DNA from: Octopus sinensis
Lineage: Eukaryota
NCBI RefSeq assembly: GCF_006345805.1
Contig: NC_043009.1
Location: 38,812,001 to 38,876,000 of the forward strand
DNA: 64,000 nucleotides
Direction: 5' to 3'
In this document: piece by piece, positions 35,561 through 48,924 of the stretch
Layout of the letters: each line of letters opens with the position of its first letter
Position numbering within the stretch: the stretch's first letter is position 1
Notes under the pieces: generated by a model
The model's input: the letters and a program-made list of their open reading frames with translations, nothing else
Told to the model about the DNA's origin: nothing
Database searches by the model: none
Made by a program: the position numbers and the translations under genes

Positions 35561-37997
35561 GATCCCCTTTATAGTACATTGCAGAAGCGAAGATATATGT
35601 AAAATTTACTGCTTACCTCATATTCTACTAGTTTCCTTAGATGAACATGGTTGGAGATTAACCATTTCGATACGGAAATGTCTGAGCCTATCCTTAATTC
35701 CATGATACAAATCTATTTTAAAATGATGTGAATAAGAAAACTTTCCATCGAAATTGCACGTTAATTTATTAAGCTCTAGTTTAATAATGGCGAATTAATT
35801 AACTGAAACAAAAGCAATGCATTTCAAATGTAAATATGATAGAAATTGTGTTAAGTAATAGATTTATAATATCCATAAAAACGAGTAAGATATAATCAAA
35901 TTAAGTCTGAAATACTGATCAATTCTTAATGTAGCAACTCCAAAATGATTGAATGAAAACTAAAGTCAATCTGAGCGAGATTTGAGCTCTGAGCCAAAAT
36001 AGTCAGCAACGAAACAGAACCAGGCATTTTATACTGCGCTTTACTAATTTTAACATTCACTGCTTTCTAGGAATCAAATATAAGATTTCTTGGAAATATT
36101 ACACAAATACAAATATTTTCTGGCAAATATAAATATCATGTCTGAGTAAACCATTTTATATTGAATGTAAAGTTACATTTTTATCTGTGAATATGGTAGC
36201 ACAGTTTTTGAAGTTCATTCATATAAAAATAAAATATTCTACGTGAGATGACACTTTAAGAAATTAAACCAACTGGTTTTAATAATTTGGTTGGCAATAT
36301 TTCTGTACGCACGCCAGTTGTTTATAATTCGCCCGTCCGTCTTTATACAGGCTAAATATCACGGGATTTACGATTTTACCAGCACTTCTTCATTGATTAG
36401 TATTGCACACCTTCTTTTACGTTATGTGGGCTTAAACTCAAAGCCAGACAACTATTCAATTCTGTATTGAATCTTTGACTTCTTTTTCTCAGTCCCTGAT
36501 TAAATACAGCTACTAAAGTTGTTATTTAGTTGCATCACTGTGGACGAAACTTTTTGATAACAATGTCTTTGAAAAGACTAGACGCACCCAATTTTCACCA
36601 ATGTATATTCAGGAAAATATGTTTTTAGTGCGATAAAAGTTATGAAAAGTCCAACTTCGCATGTAGATGAATGTTTTGGTATATATTATGCCATCAAAAA
36701 CGCTAGTTATCTTTCCGTAGTAACTGGGAAATCGATTCTTCCAGAGAAGCTAAAAGGGAGTTTGTCGGAAATTACTTAGTCTTTTATTATGTACAACTTT
36801 TCCATTTCTCATCCGTGAATTGATGAGAGTAATACATCTTACCTTGCTTTGTTCTAAGTGTGACTCATCTAGTCAATAATGGTTTTTCGTTTGTTCAGTA
36901 TTATGTATAAGGATTTAACAAATATTTGGATTTTGTTGATAAACCACATCACCGTTTAATGGAAAGATACATGGGTTGTAAAATACTTTTAATCTGCAGA
37001 ATATAGCATTCGGTTCATTTAGTGAATGGAGGAAAACATGAAAAGCAATTCATTACTTAAAAACTTCAGATCACAAACAACAAAAGTGAAACGCTACATG
37101 CTTCTCTATATATGTCATCGTATGTGACATCGCACATTTTATCGAATCCGTTCTAATATTTTCTGATTCATATCATTCACAATGCTGCCTCCTTTGATAA
37201 AGACAGAATAAACACTTAGAAAGATTGACATACGCTGAGTATATTTGTTTATTGAATGTGCATTTATTGAGGAATGTTAGAAAACAATATTTCACTGTTC
37301 TCAAATGACCCTATCTAGAAAGGTATCTATCAAAAGATGAAGGAAGTAATTATTTAGTTAGCATCAATTAGTACAGAAACCAGTAGCACGTCGAGGCTTT
37401 AACCATTTTCTTTGATCATTATTAATGTAAGAATACAAATATTACATATTAATTCTCTTTTCGTGAGAATAAAATGGCAATGTTCATTCGAATATCGCAA
37501 AGCCAGTATCAAACTTTGTAAATGTTCTCAAGTCAAAGAGTTATTAATGAAAACCATCCAACTAAAATAGAAAGATTTTCTATTATATGACTTTATCAAA
37601 ATAAAATTGGACAGGACGGACTTTTCTACACAGAAAGTCACTCAGATTAATGGAACATCTATTATGATGTGCATCTTAAACAAAATTATAACTTTTAAGT
37701 ATTTCATTCTGTGTAAGGAAAATGTAGCAAAATCTCTAATCAATGGAACCACATCGATGTCCATGTCGCTTTGACTGAGCACGACCAATCTTTGAAAGGT
37801 TATATAATCCGATTGCAACAATTCCTTTCGTTGTCCTTCCATTCCAATTGTTTCCTCACACGATATCAATACATTGAATTACTTTGAAATGTTATCGGCG
37901 TTTCTAACTTTCTTACTTGACATTTTAGTCTAATGCTTTTTCTAAAATATTCTAAACCAACCAACAATGAATTTTGCTATATAAAATAAGAACTGCA

Positions 37998-38360
<363 letters not shown>

Positions 38361-38929
38361 AGAGGCATACAAATATAGATATAAAACAAAATAAGAAAAG
38401 AAGAAAGTCCTATCCAATTTCAATTCTTCGTGAACCATTAGCGGCCTCCTTTCTAGTTATTTTAAGAACAATTACTTTTGGAACGTGGGGTAATGTTGAA
38501 CATCAAAAGATATAATATAGTCTTACTTTCATTTCGAAACAGTATTTCTGTAGTTTCATGTAAATGGACGACGTTCGCTTCGAGGCCAGGAGGGATGGTG
38601 TTCGATCTCACTGCATCACATGTTGAATAAATGATATTTTCTTCTATCCTCACGTCAAACTATACATCGTGCATGAAACTGAGTAAGCAGAAACTGTTCG
38701 GAAACCTGTGAAATCGATTACATATCTAACTCAAATGCACAGCATTGTCACATATTGTGTCAGAGTGATGCTGCTTGAGAATTATGCTAAGGATACACAT
38801 GTCTCTGGAATATTCAGCCACTCATGCACTAAGTGGATAAAAAAAAAAAGATTGCGTTTACCGAACAACTGAATCTTCATTGTCGAAACCGAGGGAGATC
38901 CTTCCATCCACGCACACACTCACCCGTTT

Positions 38930-39250
38930 AGCCAGTCAGCCGGCCAGTCAGCCACCCTGCCAGCCAGCCAGCGAGCCGTCTGGAGGGTTGGATGATGGAT
39001 GAATGAAAGGATGTATGTATGGATGAATGGATGGATGGATGTGTGAATGTATGGATGGATGGATGCACGCATGCATGGATGGATGGATGGATGGATGGTT
39101 GGCTGGTTGCTTGGCCAGACAGCCATGTAGCTAACCAGCAGCCAGTCGTCTAACCAACCAACCAACCAACCAACCAACCAGCCAACCAACCGACCAACCA
39201 ACCAACTAACCAACCAACTAACTAATCCATCCATCCATCCAACCATCCAT
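38930..39250. repeat. Compound tetranucleotide array (GCCA)/(GGAT)/(GGTT)/(AACC)/(ATCC)
   Basis: Directly visible; strand polarity flips near 39120. Confidence 0.9.
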
Positions 39251-39762
39251 TTAGTAGAACGCCTACATCTTTGTTTACGAATAATTAAGATACACGTAGA
39301 AACATTAGAGATACCGAAAGCACAGCTAAGCTCAATTTGGCACCGAGACAACTTCTAAAGCAAGTTATTAATGCAGTTTCATATTGTTTTCGTTTTTTTT
39401 TCCTCTTTGGCATATCACAGTAATATTGTGCATACCTGATGCTTTTCATAACAATTTTATGACTTTTGATATTTATTATGAGGAGAACAAAAGAAAGAAC
39501 GAATTCTTAAACAAAAGTCATGAAGACAAGAGAAAATATGTGATCGTATAAGAATGAAGGAAACGGTCGCAAGTTATTAGATATTGTTGGTGGTATCTTT
39601 TATGTGCTTATGATTCGGAGCTAAAGACAAAAGCAACGTGTTAAGTAGGTATAACTTCATCATATAGTAATGTCATATTGTATTCATACCTATGCTTCTT
39701 ACCTAGATATTATTAGACGATATCATGAAGTTCACGCTTAAGTACTTGAATATATGTATGTT

Positions 39763-39815
<53 letters not shown>

Positions 39816-39947
39816 CGCATTCCACTGCAATCATAAAATGACTTTAAACCAGATTCATTCAGTAGTCATACCACCACGCATACACATATTTCTATGAGAG
39901 AGATGGTACTTGGGATACCGTTGTCAGTGAAATATCCGTACATACAC

Positions 39948-40394
39948 AAGGTGGCAAGCTGGCAGAAACATTAGCACGCCGGGTAAAATGCTTAACGGTA
40001 TTTCGTCTGTCTGTGTTTAGCCCCTTGTGGGTTGTAAAGAAATAGGTATTTCGTCCTTCTTCATGTCCTGAGATCAAAATTCCGCCGAGGTCGACTTCGC
40101 CTTTCATCCTTTCCGGTTCGATTAAATAAGTACCAGTTACGTACTGGGGTCGATGTAATCGACTTAATCCGTTTGTCTGTCCTTGTTTGTCCTCTCTGTG
40201 TTTAGCCCCTTGTGGCTAGTAAAGAAATAGGTATTTCGTCTGTCTATACGTTCTGAGTTCAAATTCCACCGAGGTTGACTTTGTCTTTCATTTCGGGATC
40301 GATAAATTAAGTACCATTTGTGAACTGGCGTCGATCTAATCGACTGGCTGACTTGCCCAAAATTTCGGCCCTTGTCCCAGAGTAGAAAAGAATA
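39948..40394 (+). mobile_element. SINE family C with an internal tandem ~185 bp unit
   Basis: Head AAGGTGGCAAGCTGGCAGAAACATTAGCACGCCGGG. AAAGAAATAGGTATTTCGTC recurs at 40036 and 40221. The core GAGTTCAAATTCC..GAGGT.GACTT occurs twice. Confidence 0.9.
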
Positions 40395-40571
40395 TCATAC
40401 ATACGTACATTCGAACATATACACACACACGCAGACACAAACGTACACAAGTATGTATGTATATATGTAAACATATATACATATTTGCGTGTATACATAT
40501 ATATTTATATTAACACATACTTATATATACATATATATATTCATCTTTACACACGCACACACACACATCTG

Positions 40572-40627
<56 letters not shown>

Positions 40628-40747
40628 TAAAATAGTCAAATAAAGGAGCATATAAGCCCTCGACAGACAAATGAAGTCTATCCTATCAACGTGGGAGTCG
40701 AATCCACATCCCTTTGCTAACGCGACTAAGTGTGTTACCTATATATA

Positions 40748-41056
40748 TTCTCCATCGACACAGAGACTTGGGAGACACTTGCTGCCGACCGCTCATCCTG
40801 GCGCAGCGCAATCACCACAGATGCAAAGACAGCCGAGGAGAGACGGATTCAGTCAGCAGAACAGAAACGCCAGATGCGGAAAGCCAGAGCCACCTGCACC
40901 AATAGCACAGCCCCTACCCACTTCTGCCCTACCTGTGGGAGGAGCTTTCTTGCCCGGATTGGCCTCACCAGCCACCTCCGGTCTCATAGCAGCAATTCCA
41001 CCAAATGATGTCAATGGTCATCTTCGAACCCGAAGGACGAACATTATTATTATTAT
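40748..41056 (+). mobile_element. RTE-clade LINE 3' end, 5'-truncated, frame intact
   Basis: IDTETWETLAADRSSWRSAI...EQKRQMRKAR...HFCPTCGRSFLARIGLTSHLRSH* is the typical RTE C-terminus with a C2H2-type finger. The short 3' UTR ATGGTCATCTTCGAACCCGAAGGACGAAC is followed by (ATT)n. Confidence 0.93.
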
Positions 41057-41071
41057 CATATATATATTTAT

Positions 41072-41290
41072 ATTCTTTTATTCATTTACCCTTTTACTTG
41101 TTTCAGTAAAAGGGTAAATCGACCCCAGGACTTATTCTGTATCTGCCTAGAACTATCGGTCTCTTTTGCCGAACCGCTAAGTTACGGGGACGTAAACACA
41201 GCGATGTTGGAGGGGGGTGCAAAGGCAGACATTCAAACGTATGCACATACATACATACATATATACATACATACATACATACATTCATAC

Positions 41291-41323
<33 letters not shown>

Positions 41324-41493
41324 TATATACGACGGGCTTCTTTCAGTTTTCCTCTACCAAATCCACTCGCAAGGCTTTGGTCGCCCCAAGGCTAGAGTAG
41401 AATACACTAGCTCAAGGTGCCACTCAATGGGAATGAATCCGGGACCATGTGGTCGGTAAGGAAGCTACTTACCACACAGCCACTCCAGCGCCT
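41072..41493 (-). mobile_element. SINE family A, near full, with a ~42 bp deletion in the tail
   Basis: Colinear with 59713-60113 except between TTTCAGT and AAATCGACCCC. Confidence 0.92.
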
Positions 41494-41690
41494 ATATATA
41501 TATATTTTTTTTTCCCCTCCTTGTTTTTTCTGTGTACCTTTCTGTAGAAGGGCGTAGGCTCGAACGTAAAAGACTGTTTCTATTCCTGAGCGTTATACTA
41601 ATACATCTGTTTGTTTTTTCGTAAACTTTCCCTATATAAAAATCTATACATATATATATATATATTCATAAATTACTTGGAAATGGATAT

Positions 41691-41774
<84 letters not shown>

Positions 41775-41775
<1 letters not shown>

Positions 41776-41918
41776 TAAACAGTAAAAATAATTACAGACA
41801 TGGACAAGAACATGAAACACCACAGAGACGACACAAGAACCACAGGACGGGACATTCGAAGCCCTCAGTCATCAGTCAAGAACCAGATCATCTTAGCAAT
41901 TTCGGCTGATTAATCTTG

Positions 41919-41920
<2 letters not shown>
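41775..41920. mobile_element. Dispersed repeat P1, second copy between (TA)n tracts
   Basis: Reverse complement of 6290-6420. Confidence 0.7.
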
Positions 41921-41971
<51 letters not shown>

Positions 41972-42077
41972 TAAACTTACTTAGAAATGGATACGTGGCA
42001 TTCAATTAAATAATAATATAAATAATATATATGTGCATATATATGATGCATATATATATATATATACATGAATACAT

Positions 42078-42420
42078 ATATGGGTACAGGACGTCACCAA
42101 CAGTAAATAATATGATATACGAAAACAAATGAGTTAAATACGCAAATAACGAGAGAAAAAGGACAAGTAATACAAAGAATGATCATTCAATAGTTGTCGG
42201 CTGTCAATCTACTCCTCATTACGAGCAATCAACGACAATACAAGTCTTCGAAGACAGTTTCTCCCATAAATACCAAAATAAAATTTTGGATTTACGGAGG
42301 GTCAAAAACAGGACAGTGGAGACAAACAGGGAAACCGAACGAAAACAAAAATGGAGGGTCGTTAGATCTGCACGAGGGAAAATAGAGAACGCTGATAGAA
42401 ATATTTTCTTTGAAAAGAGA
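42078..42420. mobile_element. Dispersed repeat P2 between (TA)n and (GA)n, unclassified
   Basis: Complex block with sharp microsatellite borders; a single copy in this window, so repeat status rests on context and recollection only. Confidence 0.35.
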
Positions 42421-42426
42421 AAAGAT

Positions 42427-42491
<65 letters not shown>

Positions 42492-42609
42492 GAGACGCCC
42501 AGTCCTTAGAACGTCCGTGCAAGAAAGAAAGATGGTCACATGAGGAAAAGTAAGATGGACGATGGTCACGAGTGAGCAACGAGAGAGTGAAACAGAGAAG
42601 GAGAAAGGT

Positions 42610-45015
42610 AGAGTCATCTGGGACTCTCGACAGGAATGGGTCCAGTTTAGATTTGAAAATAGCTACATCCACTTTGTGTAGGTTATTTAGGCTCTTTGGA
42701 AGTATATTAAAAAGCTGTGGGCCCCTGAAACCCAGGATGTTGCAGTAACTGGTCCTGAAGCGAGATGGAATCTTTGTCTTTGGGCAGTATCGACCCGTTC
42801 TAGTTTTGGTTTAGCCTTCAATGTCAAAATTTGGCACAATTCCTTCCAGGTTCTTCCAGGTGTATATTACTGCAAATCTTCGCTCCAGTGAGTTGAGTTT
42901 TAGCTCTTTCAGCCTTTCTCAGTAGCTGAGCTGTTACAACGAGACGATCTTCTTTGTGAAAATTCGCTGGATTGCTTCAAGGTCCGCTGTTAGTTTTGCG
43001 TTGTTGGGTGACCATAGCTGGGAGCAGTAGGCCAGGTGGCTGAGGCCGAATGTCCTCCAGAGGACCATCATAGTTAACTTCTCTCTGGTTTTGAACGCTC
43101 TCAAGATCCATCCAGCCAGGCGTCTGCACTTTGTCGCCATCCTGGTAATGTGCACTTGTCGTTACCCAAGACCCTCACTGATTTAGGCTCTGGGATTGTA
43201 ATCCCATGTGAACCAGTGTACTCTGTAAGTTTTATATTCAGTTTCGGAGGCTGGTAGCGCAGGGCTTCGAATTTTTCAGCATTAAACTGCATAATACTAT
43301 CCTCAGTCCATATGTAAATTGAATCCAACTACTGCTGCAGATGTGCAATATCGCTGCGTTCTGTATTTTCTGTGAAACTTTCGTATCGTCTTCATAGCTA
43401 GCAAGGGTGGCTATCCGGGAATCTGAGAGCATATGCGAGAGTGCCACTGTTAAAAGCAGTAGTTCCAAGACAGTGCCCTATGGAACATTGCTCACTGTTT
43501 GTGTTTTTGTTGAGGTGAATCCATTGGCCACTACTGCCTGTCTTCTATCTTTCAGAAAATCATGTAACCACTCTCCAAGTTTTCCAGCTATGCCAAGATC
43601 ACGCAGTTTCTGGCAAACCATACAACAATCTAGTTTATGAAAAGCTTTTGCAAAATCAAGGTATATTACGTCCACATTTGAGTTGTTGAGTAACTGCCTC
43701 AACACGCAGTCATAGTGTTGTAAGAGCTGAGTCAGGCAGCTCCTACCTCGTCAAAAGCTATGCTAGGTATCACTCAGCAATTTATTTTCTTCAAGTAATG
43801 CGATTAGTTTCCTTCTGACTATCCGTTCCATGACTTAGCGGATATGTGAAGTCAGAGAGATAGGCCTATAGTTTTTGATATCTGCTCTGTTTCCTCCATT
43901 ATGGATTCGGTATATTACTCCCTCCTTCAGTTTGCTTCACAGCCTGCCAATTGCAAGAAAGCTCTGGAAGATAACCTCTGGATAGAGGTTTCGCCAGAGC
44001 ATGCTTACACGATTTGACAAGGATTGCTGGGAAACTATCAGGACCAGCAGTTGAGTTTGCGTCCACCTCATCTATGGCTAGTAATATATTTTCTTCGCTA
44101 AGGTCGATGTGATCCATTGTAACTGCCACGCTGGTTATAGGTGAGGCGGCAAAGAAATCCACTGGTTCGTTTACTTGTCTGTGTTCCAACGGGTTGGCAA
44201 ATACACCTTTGAACTGGTCATTCAGTACCTCACTAATCCTGGTTGGAATGCCTATGACTGAGCCATCTTTTGCATGCAAGAGAGGTCCTATTTTGTAGCG
44301 TACTGAGGCTCTTGCTTTGGCATAATGAACGGAAGCCTTTGGGTTTGCCTTAATATTTTTATAACTCTGGTTTCTTTGTCTTATCTCTCCATCACATAAG
44401 ATTGTTGCAGGCTTTTTTCGGTCTCCATCAGTATTGTGTTTAGGCTCGACCCTTCACTACTTTTGGAATGTTGGTTGAAGTGATTTGCAATCTTCGTCTG
44501 TTGTTTCATGAGGATCTTCCTCTCCCTTGGAATCTTGTTCCTGTTTGTGTTGGCCTTGTGCTCTGGGACATATTTCTGGCATATGGTTTGCGTAACAGAC
44601 ATGAAATATTCTAGTTTTATAACAATGTCTGGTGTGGAGAGACATTTCGGTCATCCCCGTCTGAGGATCTCTTTTTGGATCCCAGTTTGCTTTGTGGAAG
44701 TTCAGATTGGAGAGATTTTGGGTGCTTCCTTTAGGCTGTATGTCTCTGGCTACTTTTGGTCCATACATAGACAGCTCTATTATGTTGTGATCCAAAACTA
44801 ATGTCGGCGTCACTTTCCCATCATGAATGACGTCCATATTGATTGTGAAGCAGAGATTCAAAATGTTATTCACCCTAGTTAGTCTGAGTACAACTTGCAT
44901 TGATGAGGTTGATTAGAGACTCCACCTGTGCTTGCTTTCAATGAGTCATTCCGGAGAGCATGAGGCCTTCGGGCCATTTGACATTGGGAAGTTGAAATCA
45001 CCCATAAGAAATGCG
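42610..45015 (-). mobile_element. CR1-clade LINE ORF2 relic (APE endonuclease + RT), multiply frameshifted
   Basis: Minus strand: FLMGDFNFP (44991-45002), TRVNNILNLCF..LDHNIIEL, VLNDQFKGVF, TAGPDSFP, VDVIYLDFAKAFHKLD, SYEDDTKV (decayed YADD), WILRAFKTR..YCSQLWSP..LEAIQR, FKSKLDPFLSRVPD. Confidence 0.93.
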
Positions 45016-45194
45016 CTCACATAGAGGTAGAATAACTCGCAGTTAGCTAGTTGCCTCTTCTATCAGGACAAAGGACAAATATAGGAAGAGTATCGCAGTC
45101 GCATATTATCAATAACTAGCTGGGGTCTTCTCTTGTCTGGTATAAGTGTAGCTCAGATTTCGTTGTGGACGAGAGCTAGAATAACTATCATAGA

Positions 45195-45660
45195 TGTATT
45201 TATCAAATGGGTGGCTTAGCTATATCCTCCATCTGAGCTGAGATTAGTTCAGCGGTAAGGGAGTTTGTAGACTAGAGATAGACCTGGTCTATCACAATTG
45301 TCTATTTACCAATAGCTGTTTAGCTATCTCTTCCACTTGGTCAGAGATTAAATTTGCGATTTGGGAGGTTGTGTATCACAGATGTATATTAGCAACAGGT
45401 AGCTAATCATTTTTTATATATGATCTAACGTTAGCTCAGATGTATAGATTAAATGGACAAGACAAAGAAAGACTATCATATTGTAGATTTCCATTAAATA
45501 GCTAGCTATTTTTTTATCGGTCTGAGATTAGCGCCGTGATTCGGGTGTTTGTGCACTAGAGATTGACCAGGTCTATGACATATATATTTACCAATAGCTA
45601 TCTAGCTATTTCTTCCATCTAGTCTGAGATTAATACAGTGACAATAGAATTGGTGAATGA
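45195..45660. repeat. Degenerate ~100 bp tandem repeat with a ~283 bp higher-order duplication
   Basis: TAGCTAT-(Y-rich)-GAGATTA at 45217, 45321, 45503 and 45603. ACTAGAGAT.GACC.GGTCTAT at 45271 and 45555. TATTTACCAATAGCT at 45303 and 45585. Confidence 0.75.
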
Positions 45661-46168
45661 GAGTTAAATAAACTGTGGTCATCTCTCACAGTTGTGTATT
45701 CCCAGTAGGGAGTTAACTGCTTTCCTCTATCTAATATAACAGACAGGTGAACTAATTTACACAGAATTATGTGAACTGCTCTCAAAACAACAAAATATCA
45801 ATATTGTCTTTTGCAGCACAGTACATCATAAACAGACGCATTAAATATAGATGCACAAACATGAGAGCCCCAAATCACATATACATATATATATACACAC
45901 CTGCGTGTGCGCGTATGTGCATGATTGCATATATGTATGTATGTGTGCATACTACCTATATGCGTATATTTGTATCAGGTTGACTGAAATGTCCTTTTCA
46001 GAAGATTCAAAACAGAATATAGTTGACTTGTATGTTATCAACACATATTCTGTCAGTCAGTCTCTCTTTTTCTCTACCTATCTGTCTCTCTCCCTCTCTC
46101 TCTCTCTCTCACTCTCTCCCACAGTCTCTCAAACACTCTCTCCCAGTCTCTGTCTTTCTCTCCCTCCC

Positions 46169-46206
<38 letters not shown>

Positions 46207-46215
46207 ATATATTAA

Positions 46216-46513
46216 TGGCACTCCGTCGGTTACAACGACGATGGTTCCAGTTGATCCGATCAACGGAACAGCCTTCTCGTGAAGTTAACGTGCAAGTGGC
46301 TGAGCACTCCACAGACACAGAAACAGGAAGTAAGAGTGAGAGAAAGTTGTGGTGAAAGAGTACAGCAGGGATCACCACCATCCCCTGCCGGAGCCTCGTG
46401 GAGCTTTAGGTGTTTTCGCTCAATAAACATTCACAACGCCCGGTCTGGGAATCGAAACCGCGATCCTATGACCGCGAGTCCGCTGCCCTAACCACTGGGC
46501 CATTGCGCCTCCA
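46216..46513 (-). mobile_element. SINE family B (body B1 + tail X, internal deletion)
   Basis: Reverse complement: GTGGAGGCGCAATGGCCCAGTGGTTAGGGCAGCGGACTCGCGG...; ends CGTTG-TAAC-CGACGGAGTGCC. Confidence 0.93.
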
Positions 46514-47451
46514 CAGTTTTAACAGAGTGTATTGCTCAGCCATTATGCCTAAAATGTATCTGTTGTTGCAATGTTTCAGATATGACCTGTTATGAACGTG
46601 CGCACATGTAGAAAATATAAATCTCACATCAAGAGTCAATAGTAGCATAAAATTATTGTTTGGAATAAACTTTAAATAAAGAAATATACACTATCCTCTG
46701 CTCATAGAGAAAACAAGACCATAAACTTAATGTTTCATATAAAAACTTCATTTTAGAGTTTGGAAGTTGTTTCCCAAAGCCGACAAACTATAATTAAGTG
46801 CGCCATTCGAAAGTACTGGTTTGATTTTCATGGCGTTTGTTTTAAATTGTGCCAAATATATCGTACTGTCAGCTGAAAATTCATATTTTCGCCATAAATT
46901 TCATTTCTTTCTCATGATAGCACCATTTTTATTCCTCTGGTTTCCACATAGTAGAAGCGAATTTTATTAAATAAGATACCATTTACATATAGGTAAATGT
47001 GTTGGTAAAGATAAAGAAATGGATGTTCGATTATTACCATGTGCGCGTATAGCAATGTCACTAGATACTGCCTCATATATATGCACAATAAATAGCAGTT
47101 TATGACGTTTTCTGTTGAATCCTAATGATGTTTGATGGGAAGAGGAGAAAACCACCTACAATTGCTTGGAATTGCTTTTTAAAACTTTCTTAAATTAAAA
47201 CAAAGCCTCATCGAAATAGAAAATAATTAATGGCGCAAAATTATGTCTTAAGGCTGGAGTCAAGAAAAATTCTCAAATTATAACTTTCCCTATCGGACCT
47301 AGACTCTATTACTGTGATTATAAAAAGCTAATTGATTTTAATCAGATGTGTAATGTAAAGTAGACACATCCGTTTCTATACAATACAATATAATGAACAT
47401 TGTAAACATCATTTTCAGTACCAACAGCTATAAATTACCAGAGTAATTTCT

Positions 47452-47873
<422 letters not shown>

Positions 47874-48009
47874 GCTTCTGTATATCTATAAAACTTATGC
47901 GCACAAGCATACATATGTATGCTTGTGTATTTCCTTAAACATACATACATACACATATATGTACACACACACACATACACGCACACATATATATCTATCT
48001 ATATCTATA

Positions 48010-48049
<40 letters not shown>

Positions 48050-48584
48050 CTGTGTGTGTGTGAGTATATGTGTGTTATTTACACACACACATATATATAT
48101 GTATTTAAGCATATTCGCATATTCATAAATAAATTCAACAGAATGAAATATTTGATACAGGATAGATATGAAAATAAAATAGTTTCAAATTAGCAAGTGC
48201 TTCCTTATTTAACTTTTCTCCGGTCTTTCGCGTATATAAACATTTTATGTTGAAAATACAACTTTCTAAATTTATCTGCGTGCTTCATCATGATTATAAT
48301 CACCAGCTTCCTTCAGCTTCGGTTCTCCAGCAATTCCTTGGTGTCTGGCAAAGTGTTTGACCAGAGCATAAACTAACGCACCCACAAACACGCATGTTCC
48401 AATACGATGGACACCTGCGCCTAATAAACTATTTTCACCCTCTAAATAACTACCCCCACACATATGGTACCGCTACACACTTTGCATGCACACATAAAGG
48501 CCCCCCACGAATTTAACCAATACATAAATGAAAGAAAACATACAGATGTGTATACCCACACCACTTGTAAAGGTTATACAGAGA

Positions 48585-48924
48585 GTAAAAGACCCCCTTC
48601 GGTCATGAATGACCATGGGATTGCACCTAGAAAGTTACCCTCCTAGACACAAGTCCGGGCAAGGTTGTTTATGGAAGACCAGCAGTCGCCCATGCATACC
48701 AGCCTCCCCTCTCCACGCCACCAGTGTTATCCAAGGGAAAGACAAAGGTCGATACAGCTTGGCACCTGTGACGTCGCAACTCATTTCTACAGCTGAGTGA
48801 ACTGGAGCAACGTGAAATAAAGTGCCTTGCTCAAGAACACAACACGCAGCCCGGTCCGGGATTCGAGCTCACAACCTCACGATCGTAAGCTCGACGCTCT
48901 AACCACTGAGCCATGCGCCTTCAC
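48585..48924 (-). mobile_element. SINE family B (CORE-like body B2 + tail Z)
   Basis: Reverse complement: GTGAAGGCGCATGGCTCAGTGGTTAGAGCG head; TTGTGTTCTTGAGCAAGGCACTTTATTTCACGTTGCTCC body; a distinct tail ending ATGGTCATTCATGACCGAAGGGGGTC. Confidence 0.88.

Noticed and set aside
38450-38720. Possible RTE relic on the minus strand (FHARCI..., NTIPPGLEA)
   Set aside because: Similarity too sparse to support as a feature.
42185-42230. Minus-strand ATGAGGA...GACA motif in repeat P2
   Set aside because: Both C3 and GAAA deviate; too decayed to call a ribozyme.
45195-45660. Repeat-spacer-like pattern suggesting CRISPR
   Set aside because: Eukaryotic context; units are diverged and the intervening parts are themselves duplicated; no cas genes.
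48272-48463. Minus-strand ORF with HQGIAGEPKLKEA, faintly RNase H-like
   Set aside because: Single short motif without the other catalytic residues.
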